NCBI GenBank assembly: GCA_965203295.1
Contig: CBDBCZ010000016.1
Span: 576,001 to 640,000, forward strand
DNA from: Nitrospirales bacterium
Lineage (GTDB): Bacteria > Nitrospirota > Nitrospiria > Nitrospirales > UBA8639
Length of the DNA stretch: 64,000 nucleotides
Direction: 5' to 3'
In this document: piece by piece, positions 1 through 38,099 of the stretch
Layout: every line of letters begins with the position of its first letter
How positions within the stretch are numbered: the stretch's first letter is position 1
Notes under the pieces: model-generated
What the model saw: the letters and a program-made list of their open reading frames with translations, nothing else
Database searches by the model: none
What the model was told of the DNA's origin: nothing
Program-made: the position numbers and the translations under genes

Positions 1-345
<345 letters not shown>

Positions 346-475
346 CACACACTATCAGTTCCCCCAAATTAGGATGCTGATTTTAAACAAGACACACATG
401 TACGAGGTGCTTCTTGTCACAGTGCAGGCACTGAGATTGATGCTACTCAGTTTCCCTTCTTCCTCTCTCTTCCAG

Positions 476-3400
476 CTCAATGGTTGGGGTGCAGCTGCCA
501 GTGAGGGCCTCCGGCTTCCTGCTGAAAAAGGAGCTCACATACTTTGGCCAGGCTCTGGGGGAGCCCAAGAGGCCCTTTCTTGCCATTCTGGGAGGGTGAG
601 CAAGCTTCTAGGCTCTGACAATGTAGCGTTTCTTCCTCAGAATTTCTATGTTCCAGTCCTGCCCCCCCCAACTCGTATAACACAAAGTAACATATGGCGT
701 GATATATACATCTACATGTAGACAAGGTACATTTTTTGTTAGCTAGCTAGCCACACGCTGTACGATGGTACAAGTATGTGGGTATTATTTGCGTATGGCA
801 GGTTATGCAGAGGGCTAAAAATATAGCTTTGGGTTTAGCTGGCCAAGCTGAAATTTTGATTGGCCATGTATACAATTTGATACAATCATGGTCAAATTTT
901 TGAGTGGCCATTTTAGAAAATTGCACGGAAAATGGCCAGTGGCCAGCTGCTGTTTTGAGCTCTGTTATATATGTCCCAAGAGTGCACATACATGTATTCT
1001 CTTGGGGGTGGGGAAATTTATTTACTCTTGATGTCCACCTGAGATAAAATCTGGGGTGGAAAGGTTTGTAATTAAGGCTAATATTTTCTCCCTCTTCCTC
1101 TCCTCCACTCCCCTGTTTTCTCCATCCTGCTTCGTACTCCTTTCTTATCTCCTCCCTAATTTTGCAGGGCAAAGGTCCACGACAAGATCCAGCTAATCAG
1201 AAACCTGCTGGACAAAGTAGATGAGATGCTGATCGGAGGTGGCATGGCTTACACCTTCCTCAAGGCCCTCCACGGAATGAAGGTTCGAGGCAGCTTGTAC
1301 GTTTAGTTTCCATGTTTTAATCTCTGTATCTGTATGTGGAAGCTAGGCTTGTGTGCATATCTGTTACTGCATCCCTAAAGCCCACATTGCTTGCTTGCTC
1401 ATGCTCACCCCACCTTATCCTAGCTAGCTGGTAAAGTGTCCTGTATAATGAGGTGTCCTCAATTCAGGGATAATATGAAACCATATTTAGGGCGTAGCAA
1501 AGTATCGAAGGTGTCCTTAGCCCTTCAAGAAAGGTCGGACTGTACATTGTTTTCATGTGCACTTACCATTCTGCCTACCTCCCCTTAGATTGGAACCTCC
1601 CTGTATGACGAAGAAGGGGCTGGTATTGTTGGAGAGCTGGTGGCCAAGGCAGAGAGGAAGGGAGTGAAGTTTCACCTCCCTACAGACTTTATCACCAGTG
1701 ATAAATTTGATAAGGATGCCAATGTGGGTTCAAAACAGCTTTTTTGGAGACTTCAAGGGCCTAACTACATGTACTTTTTCTATAGTGCTACCAAACAACA
1801 TGTAGATAAGTGGATACTGTCTTTCCCAGTAGTTCATGTAAGGCAATGGCATGGAAGTGGGGGTACCCCTTCTTACTAGTCATTCCTTTGTGATGTGGCC
1901 ACAGCTTACTGGGCCCTTGAATGGCTTGGTACAACTCAAATTGCTTCATGGAAAGCAGATTCCACTTTAGGACATAGGGTTTTGGTGCTTTCATCCATTC
2001 TAGCTCCGGGAATTACTATTATAAAACCTACTGAAAGAATATACCTAACTAGTTACAACGTCCCTATTCCGTCCCAGACTGGCTCGGCAACCGTAGACTC
2101 CGGTATTCCTGATGGATGGATGGGGCTGGACATTGGGCCGGAGTCAACTGCACAGTTCACTGCTGTTATCGAGAAGGCTGCCACCATCATCTGGAATGGG
2201 TGGGTTCAGTAGCTGAGTATGTTTTCGAGTGAAGCGAGGCTATACTCTGGTTCCACTCACCTTGTTTGTTGTGTTTGTCGCCATCGTAGTCCACCATCCC
2301 TACCACTCCTCCAGATATATTTTGTAGCCTACCACACTCGCTACCTTAGCTTTATACAAAGTTATCACTACTACAGTGAGCCTGCTCTGCATGGCTTCCA
2401 GGCACATTATTGCATGTAGCTGTGTTTTTTTGTGTGTGTAGTGGGTGTGTATTGTGGGTGTGCTCAGTTCCGTTTACTTTTTTCATGGTGCATGTGGGCT
2501 AAAGGTAGGGTGTCGTAGGCGTGCCGCTGAATAAGCTGTGCCACACCCAGCAGTTCTTGTGAAGGGAGGACATTGTTGCATGTGCATTGTGTATCACTGG
2601 TGTATATTGTATTTCAGCTCCATGAACACAGGAACTCATGACATATGGTGTAATGTGCTATTGTGCCCGTGTATATATCTTTCCCGCTTCCAAATACTAC
2701 TGTGAGATGGTGTATATTACATCCTGTAGTGGTGCTAACTCTTGTTTTGTTGTTTAATTTATTTGTGAGTCTAATTGTGCATGCACTCACTTCTCTTTGT
2801 GAGGAAACATTAAGTGTTTGTTTGTTTAGGCAGTATTGGTTATCTTTGTAGCTGTGTACACAGGGATAGCCCAACTGTAAGGGACACATGCTGACCTTCC
2901 CACTGGAAGTCAGTTGTGACTGTGGTGATGGTGTAGTCATGTAGTGTGTTTCACTTCAGAGTCTTGTGTGTGATTAAATTAGGAGAATGCAGAGCATTTG
3001 TGGGGCGAGCGCAACTACAACATGTGCTTAGCATGTTTCTGCGCATGCGCAATGCGACCAGTCGGTCGATGACATACATACAGGTCGGTCGATGACATAC
3101 ATACAAACAGAGTTGGCATTGACCTCGCTAGTACAGGGCTCGCTGCGCTCGCCCCAATTAGCTCCAAAGCCTACCTTCTGGTTATGGTTGACTAAAGCTC
3201 TGGTGATATGGACAAGGTTGCATATACTACTCTACTCACTTTTTGGCTGCGTACATATGCATGGCTTGTCCATGTAGCAATGGCCATAGTGCTGTACAAG
3301 TAGACAATTTGAAATTGCCTACTGGCTAATATTGCTCTCTCCCCACACCCTGCCCCCTAGTCCTGTTGGTGTGTTTGAGTTCGACAAGTTTGTTGCTGGC

Positions 3401-4714
3401 TCCAAGGCAGTGCTGGAAGCAGTCGTAGCTGCCACAGAGAGGGGGGCGACCTCCATCATCGGTCAGTCCCTGATTGTTTTACAGAACAGCACCTTACCTT
3501 AGTCTGCAGTGTGCATTTACAGGATTAGTTTTCAATGATAAAAAACGTTCTTAGGAATTCTGTAATGATACTCTGGTAGTTCATGTCCACTGGGCATGGG
3601 AGGCTCCTTGAAATGGATGTTTTGTTGGAGTCGATACATATGACCTCACAAACTTATTTAAAACATGTATGAGTTTGTGAGGTTACATCTACTCCATCAA
3701 ACATCCAATTTTAATCAAATGTGAAGGGAACCCTCCATGCCCAACATATAGGAGTATCGTTGCCATATAGCTACAGAAATTCGTAGTGCCATTCTTATTG
3801 GCTTGTGGATGGATTTTAGCATTTCAGGAAAAAATTTGAATCGTGTGTGCTTCCTCTCCTAGGTGGTGGTGACACTGCCACCTTGGTCCAAAAGTTTGGC
3901 CGAGAGGACAAAGTCAGTCATGTGAGCACTGGGGGCGGGGCCAGCCTGGAGCTCCTGGAAGGTGGGTGTATAACCTCTAGCTGCAGACGGTGGGTCGCAC
4001 GTGTGTGAACCACAGAACAAACGTATTATGACTCTTTGAAAAAAAAGAGGGTCTTATTTCGGACAGTACACAGTCTGATCTCCAGACATCAAATCTAGCT
4101 GCACTGTATTTGGACTTTTTAGTCCTACTGTTACTATGGATACAAAAGTCTAAGAGCATTCACTGTAATGGGTGATATAACTGTGTGCCAGTGCTTACAC
4201 ACACACTACTAAGTGTGTGTGTAAGCACTGGCACATACACTAAGTGACCCCCTAATGAATTGGCTTCCGTGCAGGCTCCACACTCACGACGTACAACTAA
4301 AGCCTAAACGTACTATGATTGCGCATACTTTTGAAAACACAGAAAGTATGGTGGACTGCTGTAGGATGAGAGCCTAAACCGGCTGAAATTGAGTCCACAC
4401 TCCAGGTTCATTACATGCAGTGCTGTTTACAAAGTATGGCATTGTCTGAGTTGATCCAACTGTCATTCTGTTGAACAAGCATGGACAACGATGTGCTTCT
4501 CGCAGCCGGTCTTGTGTTCACATTGGTTTCTTCAACACCCTACTACCAACACTAGCAAAAAACGTACTACATGTACATTTACAGTCGCATACTGCTATGA
4601 CATTATGCTCAATATACTTGTTTTAAGGTATGGAGCTTTATGTGCATTGCCTGCAATTTTCTTCCTCTAGGCAAAGACCTTCCCGGAGTGCTGGCCTTGT
4701 CTGATGCTGCGTGA
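476..4714 (+). CDS. PGK: Phosphoglycerate kinase, 3' part (5' exons lie upstream of the window). Exons 476-595, 1168-1282, 1589-1723, 2078-2199, 3361-3461, 3863-3961, 4671-4714
   Basis: GT-AG exons join in frame to give classic PGK motifs: [83 protein letters not shown], then TGA at 4712-4714. Confidence 0.96.
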
Positions 4715-5862
4715 CTAGCTGGAGGGCCCCCGTCTGCTCACACAGATCGGTCGGCACTGAAATCAGCACTGTAACTCGTCGAGCACGTTTGTCATTCTCT
4801 TCTACTGCATTTAGCTCATCTAGGACATTCATTGTACAGAGAATCACATAGTCTTGAATCTTGTATAATATACAATGCAGAACTTTTTAAAGTCTGTTCC
4901 TAGCTAGAGCTTTGGTCACTTGGGAAACCAGCCTTGGACAAGAAATTTGGCAGCTAGCTGCCCCTTTGGTTGGGTATATCAAAGCTGAATACAGAACAGG
5001 GTTTCATATGCCCCCCACCCCACCCCGCCACCCAAATTGGATAAAATTGTCGTAATTACCTAAATTCTAATTATAGACTAGTTTTTCCTTTGACAAGATG
5101 CAGATCAGCTACATAGCTGCCAAAACCCACCAGAATCAAATTTCAGAGCATGCAGCAAATATTTCTAGGCACGTCCCCAGATCCCAGCAGAAGAGTGTCT
5201 TGCCTCATTCCCAGGCCCGCGACTTTTTCGGTTGCAGTCGCAGGCCCTTGGAACAAGGCTAGGTTTTGCACGCATCTGATTCTGTTTACTATTCCCAGCC
5301 AAATTAAAAGCTAAGAAATCCAGTATGAACCCTGCAGAGTGGTATACGTAGGTATGGTAAGGTATACGAGTGCATTGTGAGCCATGCAGGGCTGTGTACA
5401 TGTATATGTAAACAGAATGACAGTGATAACACAACATGCATGCGATATGATTAATGATCACTGTTTTGGCATACATACTATATGGCTCATGCGCAATCTG
5501 CAGCAATGCCATGGACTTGGGACCCAGTACAATGTCATGTACATGTATATGCACCCAAAATTCTAACAGTCTGCTATACTCTGGCCCTCGTTTGTGGCTG
5601 GGATTAAGAGCAATATAGCCATCATATAAATTTGTACCCAAGCGTCCTGCCCAGACTTAATCTCACAGCCATCGAGAAAACGGCCTGGATATAAGGTTAG
5701 CCGTCATACAAATATTAGGAAAAATTGTATACTTAATAGTATATACACAATCATGTAGATGCCTTACATACAATCACAATAATTTATTACTCTATGCTTC
5801 AAAAGTCAATTGTAAACAGGAAAGTAAACCTATGAGATTTCCTCGGGCCAGCTCTCAGCGAC

Positions 5863-8720
5863 TCATTGCTCTTCGTTGGCGCTGGGCAGCTCCTCCAGCC
5901 ACGTGGGGGGGTCCAGGTGCTGCCCCTGGCTCTCCTCCAGTTTGCTGCGGAACTCCTGCAGCATGCTCTCCATCAGCTCGTGGTTACTGGAGAAGTAGGC
6001 AGCAAACGCCTGGTGCAGGAGAAAGAGCTGCTTGCGCGTCACCTTCAGCTGAGTGGGAATTGAGAGGGAGTTCCATGTACTTAGATCAGTGAGAGGGGGT
6101 TCCATGTACTTAGATCAGTGAGAGGGGGTTCCATGTACTTAGATCAGTGAGAGGGGGTTCCATGTACTTAGATCAGAGAGAGGGGGTTCCATGTACTTAG
6201 ATCAGTGAGAGGGGGTTCCATGTACTTAGATCAGTGAGAGGGGGTTCCATGTACTTAGATCAGTGAGAGGGGGTTCCATGTACTTAGATCAGTGAGAGGG
6301 GGTTCCATGTACTTAGATCAGTGAGAGGGGGTTCCATGTACTTAGATCAGTGAGAGGGGGTTCCATGTACTTAGATCAGAGAGAGGGGGTTCCATGTACT
6401 TAGATCAGTGAGAGGGGGTTCCATGTACTTAGATCAGTGAGAGGGGGTTCCATGTACTTAGATCAGAGAGAGGGGGTTCCATGTACTTAGATCAGTGAGA
6501 GGGGGTTCCATGTACTTAGATCAGTGATATAGGAGGTGAAAGTACACAGAATTGTTTATTAACAGGTCACCACAAGACAAGCCAAGCCAAAAAGTGAAGT
6601 ACCACTACTTATTATAGGAAGCAACCTACATGTAAGGCAGAGACATTCTGTCTGCATATCCAATTGTTGTTTGAGATACCAAGTTTTACATACATTGTAG
6701 CAACAGCACTTGTCTGGGTACTAAACTGCGTCAGTCTGCCATCCAGTTTAGATATTTGGCACAGTAAAAGCTAGTCATTGTGCATATCAAGCTAGGAGTG
6801 GGCCAGTATGTAATCGTTATCAGTGGTATTCACTACTGCAAGAATACTTCGACGAAGAGAAACATGCCTACATGTACATTTGTTGCCATTGGTAGTCATG
6901 TAATCCAGGGTAAGTCTTTCAATTAGCTTTGAGAACCTTTTTCCTTCCGTATGTACAGCCTCACTGATTATCGCTGGTCTATCGTCAACATTTGGCAACA
7001 TTATAAGTACAGCCATAGTCCTTATAGCAGCATTTGTTTTCACTTACAGTGTACAGCACAGACAGAATTATGCACTTTATGGTTCACGTGGGCAGATGGC
7101 TGCATTGTGATGACTTCTTGTCACCAGTCAAAATATACCATACACCGAACACACAGACAACACGAATTTAAAAGTGACAATGGTACCTTATTCTCATCCA
7201 GCAGCTTGAGCTTGATGTCGACGTCATGTCGAAGCTGCTCGTACTTCTGTTTGTGTTTCTCGAAGTCTGCTGTTGCAGCCGGTAGCTTTGCCGCACTTGC
7301 TGGATGTGTATCTGCCAATTTCTTCAAAGAGTCGAGTTCAGTTCTATATGCATCGTAAGAGAGTCGCACCGATTCATAGTTCTTCACAGTTTGAAGTGTG
7401 TCCTCCATGGTCTTGGTGGAAATGGTTTCCAAATTCGCGGCAAACAAATTGACAGCAGAAAGCAGGGTATCTCCGTTTCGTGCCACACGCTTCTGGGACT
7501 CCGAGTTATACTGAAACTCGGTGTGTAGCTCCGGGGAGCGTATACTCAAGAAAGCAAACTGCTCTGCCAGGGACTTCTGCGTCTCAAGTGTGTGCGTGAA
7601 CCGCATGTGGAATTGTTTGGTGAGGGAAATGAGCTGGGAGTACTTCCGCTGCGTCTCCTTCAAGGCCTCGATCCTAGTCTCCAGCTGAGGGTCCACCGTG
7701 CGTGTGCCCTTCCCTAACTTCTCCGAGACCACTTGCTTGGTGACTTTGTACTGGTGTGAGCTCCATTCCTTGAAGGTGGCACCCCTACGTGATATATAGA
7801 CAAGGGAGTCAAACTAACAGTAAGACATAATATGTATGGTGTAATACCTTAAGTAACCTCATATACCTATAGATCTCCAGCCCAGTCTTAATGTTGCAGC
7901 CGTGGAAATAGCTCTTATTCCACAGTTGAGTGCAAGTCTGGGCGGGAAGCCTAGGTTCGAGGTTAGTAATAGTTTGCAATGACTACCAGGGCATTTAGAC
8001 TTGCACCGTAATGTACGCAGGGAGGATTCTGACATTACATTGAGTATTATAATAGCTGACTACACGAGCCTTTTGAAGGTTGCACGCCCCATTCCTGGCC
8101 TGACATAGTTTTGTCCCTGGCCTGATATAATGTACATAGTCTTGTCCCCAGCAGGTATCAAAGCTAAAGCCATTGAATTGGAGTACGGAATACGGACCTA
8201 GCAGCAGTGATGCACATTCATCACATCTTACTAAATTATTGTTCTTCCAAATACACACTCTAGGTCCAGCCTGCAAGTCTGTAAACGTAGCAATGTGAGC
8301 AACACAATGTAAGAGATTGGTGCTACTAAATGAAAGGAGTCTTAAGCTCAAAGAGGTGCTTTAAAATGCGGAGTACAGTTGCAAAAACAGGACGAAAACG
8401 CCAGAGAAGCCCTATAGGGTACAGTTGCATACTCTTGGTCCTACGTACCTGGAAGAGGCGCGTTGTCGGCGCAACTCCGTCCCGTCAATAGGGGAGATCT
8501 CATCAAGACTCGTCTGCGAATCCGTCTTCATGTCTCCAGAGCCGCCGTCGAACTGCAAACTCGGAGTCTGGTCACTAGTCTGACTTCGAGAATGCAAGTC
8601 TATCGTTTGCAGAACATTGTCTCCTCCGGATGTTTCTTGATGCTCTGTAGTCTCTGCCAGGACAGCAGCTGGAGGGCTGTCAGGGACTGCTACTCTTCCT
8701 GAATACTCGGGCTCAGCCAT
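5863..8720 (-). CDS. ARFIP: Arfaptin-family (AH/BAR domain) protein, about 351 aa. Exons 8720-8449, 7784-7187, 6048-5863
   Basis: Spliced ORF contains KEWSSHQYKVTKQVVSEKLGKGTRTVDPQLE, KTMEDTLQTVKNYESVRLSYDAYR and DVDIKLKLLDENK|LKVTRKQLFLLHQAFAAYF, matching the arfaptin homology domain. Exon phases are compatible (272+598+186 = 1056 nt). Confidence 0.9.
6061..6527. repeat. Minisatellite, about 16 x 29 bp, at the 3' end of arfaptin intron 2
   Basis: Unit TGAGAGGGGGTTCCATGTACTTAGATCAG, head-to-tail with no spacers. Confidence 0.97.
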
Positions 8721-9074
8721 CTTAAACACAGAGTTAGAGATTTGGTCACATGACTGTGCCTCGAGTACGCGTGCCCGCCCTATTAGTTTGACAGTAAAGT
8801 TTACGGCGAATAATACGGAGCTCAAATCGGTAGCGAAAGAAAGTTTTGTTTGGGTGATTGATCTAAAACTATATTAGATGGCTTTGCTCGTTGCGTTTTG
8901 TGTACAAGATCAGTAGTCAACGGGCGTGCTACCATTGTGAGAAGGTGTACTCGGCTCGGCTACTACTTGTCTGGTCATTCGCATGCTCTACAATCCTTTG
9001 TTGAGTCCTGTGCCACTGGCGGAGTCCAGTGATCGATACTCCAGGAACCGGGCAGTGCGGTAGAGAGGACAAAA
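8721..9074. promoter_or_regulatory. Probable bidirectional promoter between the divergent arfaptin and Tec kinase start codons
   Basis: Only 354 bp separate the two ATGs. The interval is CpG-richer than the introns and contains GTCACATGAC (E-box/CLEAR-like, 8745-8754) and a CCGCCC GC-box. Confidence 0.55.
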
Positions 9075-33820
<24,746 letters not shown>

Positions 33821-34574
33821 AAATGTTTTCTTTCGTGCGTTTCTAAATATTGCTCGTCTTCTGTTCCAACAGTTTTACATACATGTATATTATGTAATGG
33901 TGCTATTGTATTGTCTGTTTGTGTGGGCGCTACTGCTGAAGATGTTTACTGATGGAGTCTTTGTTGTGTGTTCTGTAGTGCGTTACTAATATTGTGTTAT
34001 GCACAGCATAACTGCTTTGTGTTATGCCTGCTGATGTTTATTGGTATAATAATATAATTATGTACTTTTTTTTTACGTACACACAAATTTTTTTTATACT
34101 AGTATGATGTTCTACTGGATGTGTATAATTATACTTGTGCATTGGAGCTGCATAAATGGCATTTGAAACACTGTGCTGATTATTATAACAACCCACCTGG
34201 TGTATAACTGCCCCGTTGCCAACCCAGCAACCAAAGTGCTATTGTTACGCTCCTATCAAACTTTTGGGTAAATCAGACCATAGCTACAATCGTAATAAAG
34301 TCCATGTGGACTTTACGTATTAGCTATGTATGTTCAGTCATCCATATTATGCGTGATGCAATGCCTAGTGTGCCTCTGGTCTCTGAAATGGAGGTTCAGA
34401 TCTGGCACGAGACTAGTCTCGTCTCCAGCTGAGACCTGATGTCTACGCATGTGACTACACGAGGTTCTATTTGTACAGTTTCATATCCTCCTCTGTGACA
34501 CATACTTACTATACATAGTGTAAGTCTGCCATTGACCTTTTAGTGTACCATGTCAATGATGTCATGCATGCCCC

Positions 34575-34628
34575 TACTCTCGTGCCCTGACGAATATTTC
34601 GCGAAATCTCCATCAGGGCACGAGACTA
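34575..34628. mobile_element. 54-bp hairpin mini-transposon with 9-bp TSD
   Basis: TACTCTCGTGCCCTGA...TCAGGGCACGAGACTA, flanked by GCATGCCCC on both sides. Confidence 0.8.
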
Positions 34629-37099
34629 GCATGCCCCAGCTGGGAAGCGATCATGTGCACTATAGTTGAATACAGGTCATGCATGTACAATAATATTAGC
34701 TGTGCTGTCTAAGCATAGCTATAGTAGAGTGTATAGTCCTACTATCTATGGTGAACTTGTGTAAGTTTAGCACTTTCAAAATTTCACAGTAGAATCTGAG
34801 TGAAAACCGCTACCTTACCGTAGTTTTACGTAATATTTTGCAAACTCCCTGAGAATTCACTGCATTCAAGCCCAATCTTCTGCAGCACAGCTCCATACTT
34901 GCAATTGGCCCTACCCTGAAAATTTTAGTCTCTTCCCCCCCCCCTCCATCAAACTTCCAGCAAAATTAGTCCTAGCTTGAAGATTTTGCCCACCCCTTAG
35001 TTTTTAGTCAGCAAAATTAGTGTCGTAATACAAATTTATAATACAGGCATAAACAAAGAATGCATGTATAGCGTGTACGTTGTGCAGTTTTGCATGTAAG
35101 CAAATACACTATTTCTTACATCTGCTACAATGCCATGTATTGTTGCTACTCAAAGCTGCATGTGGTACATCGATGCAGTACTCCGTGCATGTGCTATATC
35201 ACCTCTCATAGCCAGACCACTCAATCCACTTTATTATTTGGCATCCTACAAGTGCAGTATACTGGGACTTCGTCTACTGGACAAACTCTGTCAGCTCAAC
35301 ATTAAAGTTATGGCAAGCCACAATTTACACTCATTCTGCAAGCCAGAGAGTGCTGGGAAGGCCCACTTCAGAAGCATTTGAGCTGCATCAATGATACTGT
35401 CTGAGTAACCAGGATTCAGCAGGATCTCTCTTATCTCTTTTTTAGGCAGATTAAGTTTCTGGATCCAGAATTTTCCTGTTGGTTTTGTCTTGGCTGGTAT
35501 TTGTCAACATCAATCACGTCGGGCTTCTGCACTATCTTCACTAACTGTCTCTGTCTCCTCTTCAGCATCAACTCCTTTGCTTTGACGTTCTTTTCTACTG
35601 CTTTATGGTCTCGCATTTGTTTCTTGCTGCTACGCTCTTGATCTCCCTTCATCTTTTGCTTCTATGCAGCTCTCGGTCAGCTCTTTCACCGTTGCTCTCA
35701 AAATCTTTGGGTGGAGGTGATGGGATGGAAATGCAGGGGGTAGTGCATGCCAATGGAGCTGTGGCAGGAAATGGCAGGTGAGTATTGTGTAGTACCTGAA
35801 GTGATGGTAGTTCAAGAAAGACTGCTGAAGTTTGTTACATGTAGCTAGCTACGAGGAGGCAAGGTGGTGAAGGTCTCCTTGTGTGGGCACTCATCACTAC
35901 TGCAATGGGATGAAATGCAGGAACCTCATACTCCTGGTTCATCTCCATTAGGGGGAGAGAGAGAGATCTTCATCCCTGGACATTCATTGTCGGGAGGGGG
36001 TTAAAGCATGAAAGCCTCATCTTCGTTAGGGGGCAAGAGAGGGTCATCATTGGGATATTGATGAAATGGTGAAAGCCTCGTCCTTGATCTCTGAGCTCCC
36101 CTCATCAGGTAAAGGTGCAGTGATGTTATCTCCAAGAGGTGAAGGTGCGGCATATGGCTTGAGGTGGGGCCCTGTAGCGCGTAGACTTTTTGGTTTGTTT
36201 GATGGATCAGCAAGCTCATATATTATGCTACATGGGAGAAGGACCTTTGTGATTGTGTATGGTCCCAGATACCCCTCCTTCAACTTGCCTCGTTTGGTCT
36301 TTTGCAGGTGAAATCCTTCTTCATGTTCAGTACCAGCTGCTTGACCTGGAATCACTCTGGTTTGGCATGATTTTGGTCATAGTTCTCTTTCTGCTTCTGC
36401 TGTGCTACCAGGATGTTAGGATATCAGGCACTTTCTACAAAGCTTATAATTATATAATTTTTCATTCTCTCGTTGCTCCCTTGTCTCCTGCTCGACTTTT
36501 CAAGTATCATTCTCTGACGTTGCAAGAGTGTTAATGATGACTGCACATTGTTCTATACATCATCATCAGCCAGTTCTTGACCAAAACACCATCTAGCAGC
36601 ACTGAGACACCATGTTTAGGTTTACTGGCTGTAAGAATATGGGAATGGCATGAGCTGCTGTGTAGCAGAATGAAACCAGTATTGGATAGCATTCAACCTT
36701 GGACCTGTACTTTCACTTTCAATTTCCAAATTGATATTTAGTATAGTCAGCATCTGAGATTCTGAGGACAGATTCCTTGTATTTTTTGGCTGCTTCTACT
36801 GACAGATGAATGATGTTATTTGAAGAGGCGGAAAATCACAAACACCTGACCACTCAGAAGTTGATTCAGTAGTAGGAGTCATAAGATGATATCACTAGAA
36901 TGCATAATATATATGTGCAGGACATTCAGTGCCCAGTCACACATACCCAGCAGCATACTTGCACTTTGATCTTTTCACTGTTCCATCTGGTGTACAATGT
37001 ACTGTGACACATTCTATGTCTCAGAATTCAGAAAGGCTCCTATCCAAGGACAGGCTAGCACTGGCCCCACCAAAAAGCAGCCCATTGGTAAATTGTCTC

Positions 37100-37983
37100 C
37101 TAATCCACAGCAGCCGACCCACACCGGCCCCAGTGAAAAGCAGCTCAAGTTTACCCCCACCATACAGCAGCAGCCCCACACCGGCCCCAGTAAAAAGCAG
37201 CCCAAGTTTACCCCCACCACACAGCAGCCCCACACCGGCCCCAGTAAAAAGCAGCTCAAGTTTACCCCCACCACACAGCAGCTGGCCCACACCGGCCCCA
37301 GTGAAAAGCAGCCCAAGTTTACCCCCACCACACAGCAGCCGGCCCACACCGGCCCCAGTGAAAAGCAGCCCAAGTTTACCCCCACCACACAGCAGCCGAC
37401 CCACACCGGCCCCAGTGAAAAGCAGCTCAAGTTTACCCCCACCACACAGCAGCAGCCCCACACCGGCCCCAGTGAAAAGCAGCCCAAGTTTACCCCCACC
37501 ACACAGCAGCCCCACACCGGCCCCAGTGAAAAGCAACCCAAGTTTACCCCCACCACACAGCAGCCCCACACCGGCCCCAGTAAAAAGCAGCCCAAGTTTA
37601 CCCCCACCACACAGCAGCCCCACACCGGCCCCAGTGAAAAGCAACCCAAGTTTACCCCCACCACACAGCAGCCCCACACCGGCCCCAGTGAAAAGCAGCC
37701 CAAGTTTACCCCCACCACACAGCAGCCGGCCCACACCGGCCCCAGTGAAAAGCAGCCCAAGTTTACCCCCACCACACAGCAGCCGACCCACACCGGCCCC
37801 AGTGAAAAGCAGCTCAAGTTTACCCCCACCACACAGCAGCAGCCCCACACCGGCCCCAGTGAAAAGCAGCCCAAGTTTACCCCCACCACACAGCAGCCCC
37901 ACACCGGCCCCAGTGAAAAGCAACCCAAGTTTACCCCCACCACACAGCAGCCCCACACCGGCCCCAGTGAAAAGCAGCCCACA
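37100..37983. repeat. Tandem array of about 16 units of 54/57 bp
   Basis: Unit CCCCACACCGGCCCCAGTGAAAAGCAGCCCAAGTTTACCCCCACCACACAGCAG, with 3-bp length variants. Confidence 0.95.
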
Positions 37984-38099
37984 ACAAAACTCTTTCCAGT
38001 GAGCAGGCAGGGCAAGTGCAAGTGCTGCAGTGCGTGCAGCGGGAAAGGAACAAGCAATGCCAGAAGAAATCTGAAGTTGGGCCTACAGCAGTAGCTATT

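Noticed and set aside
6061..6527. CRISPR array (29-bp repeats)
   Set aside because: Units are head-to-tail with no unique spacers, there are no cas genes, and the array lies in a eukaryotic intron.
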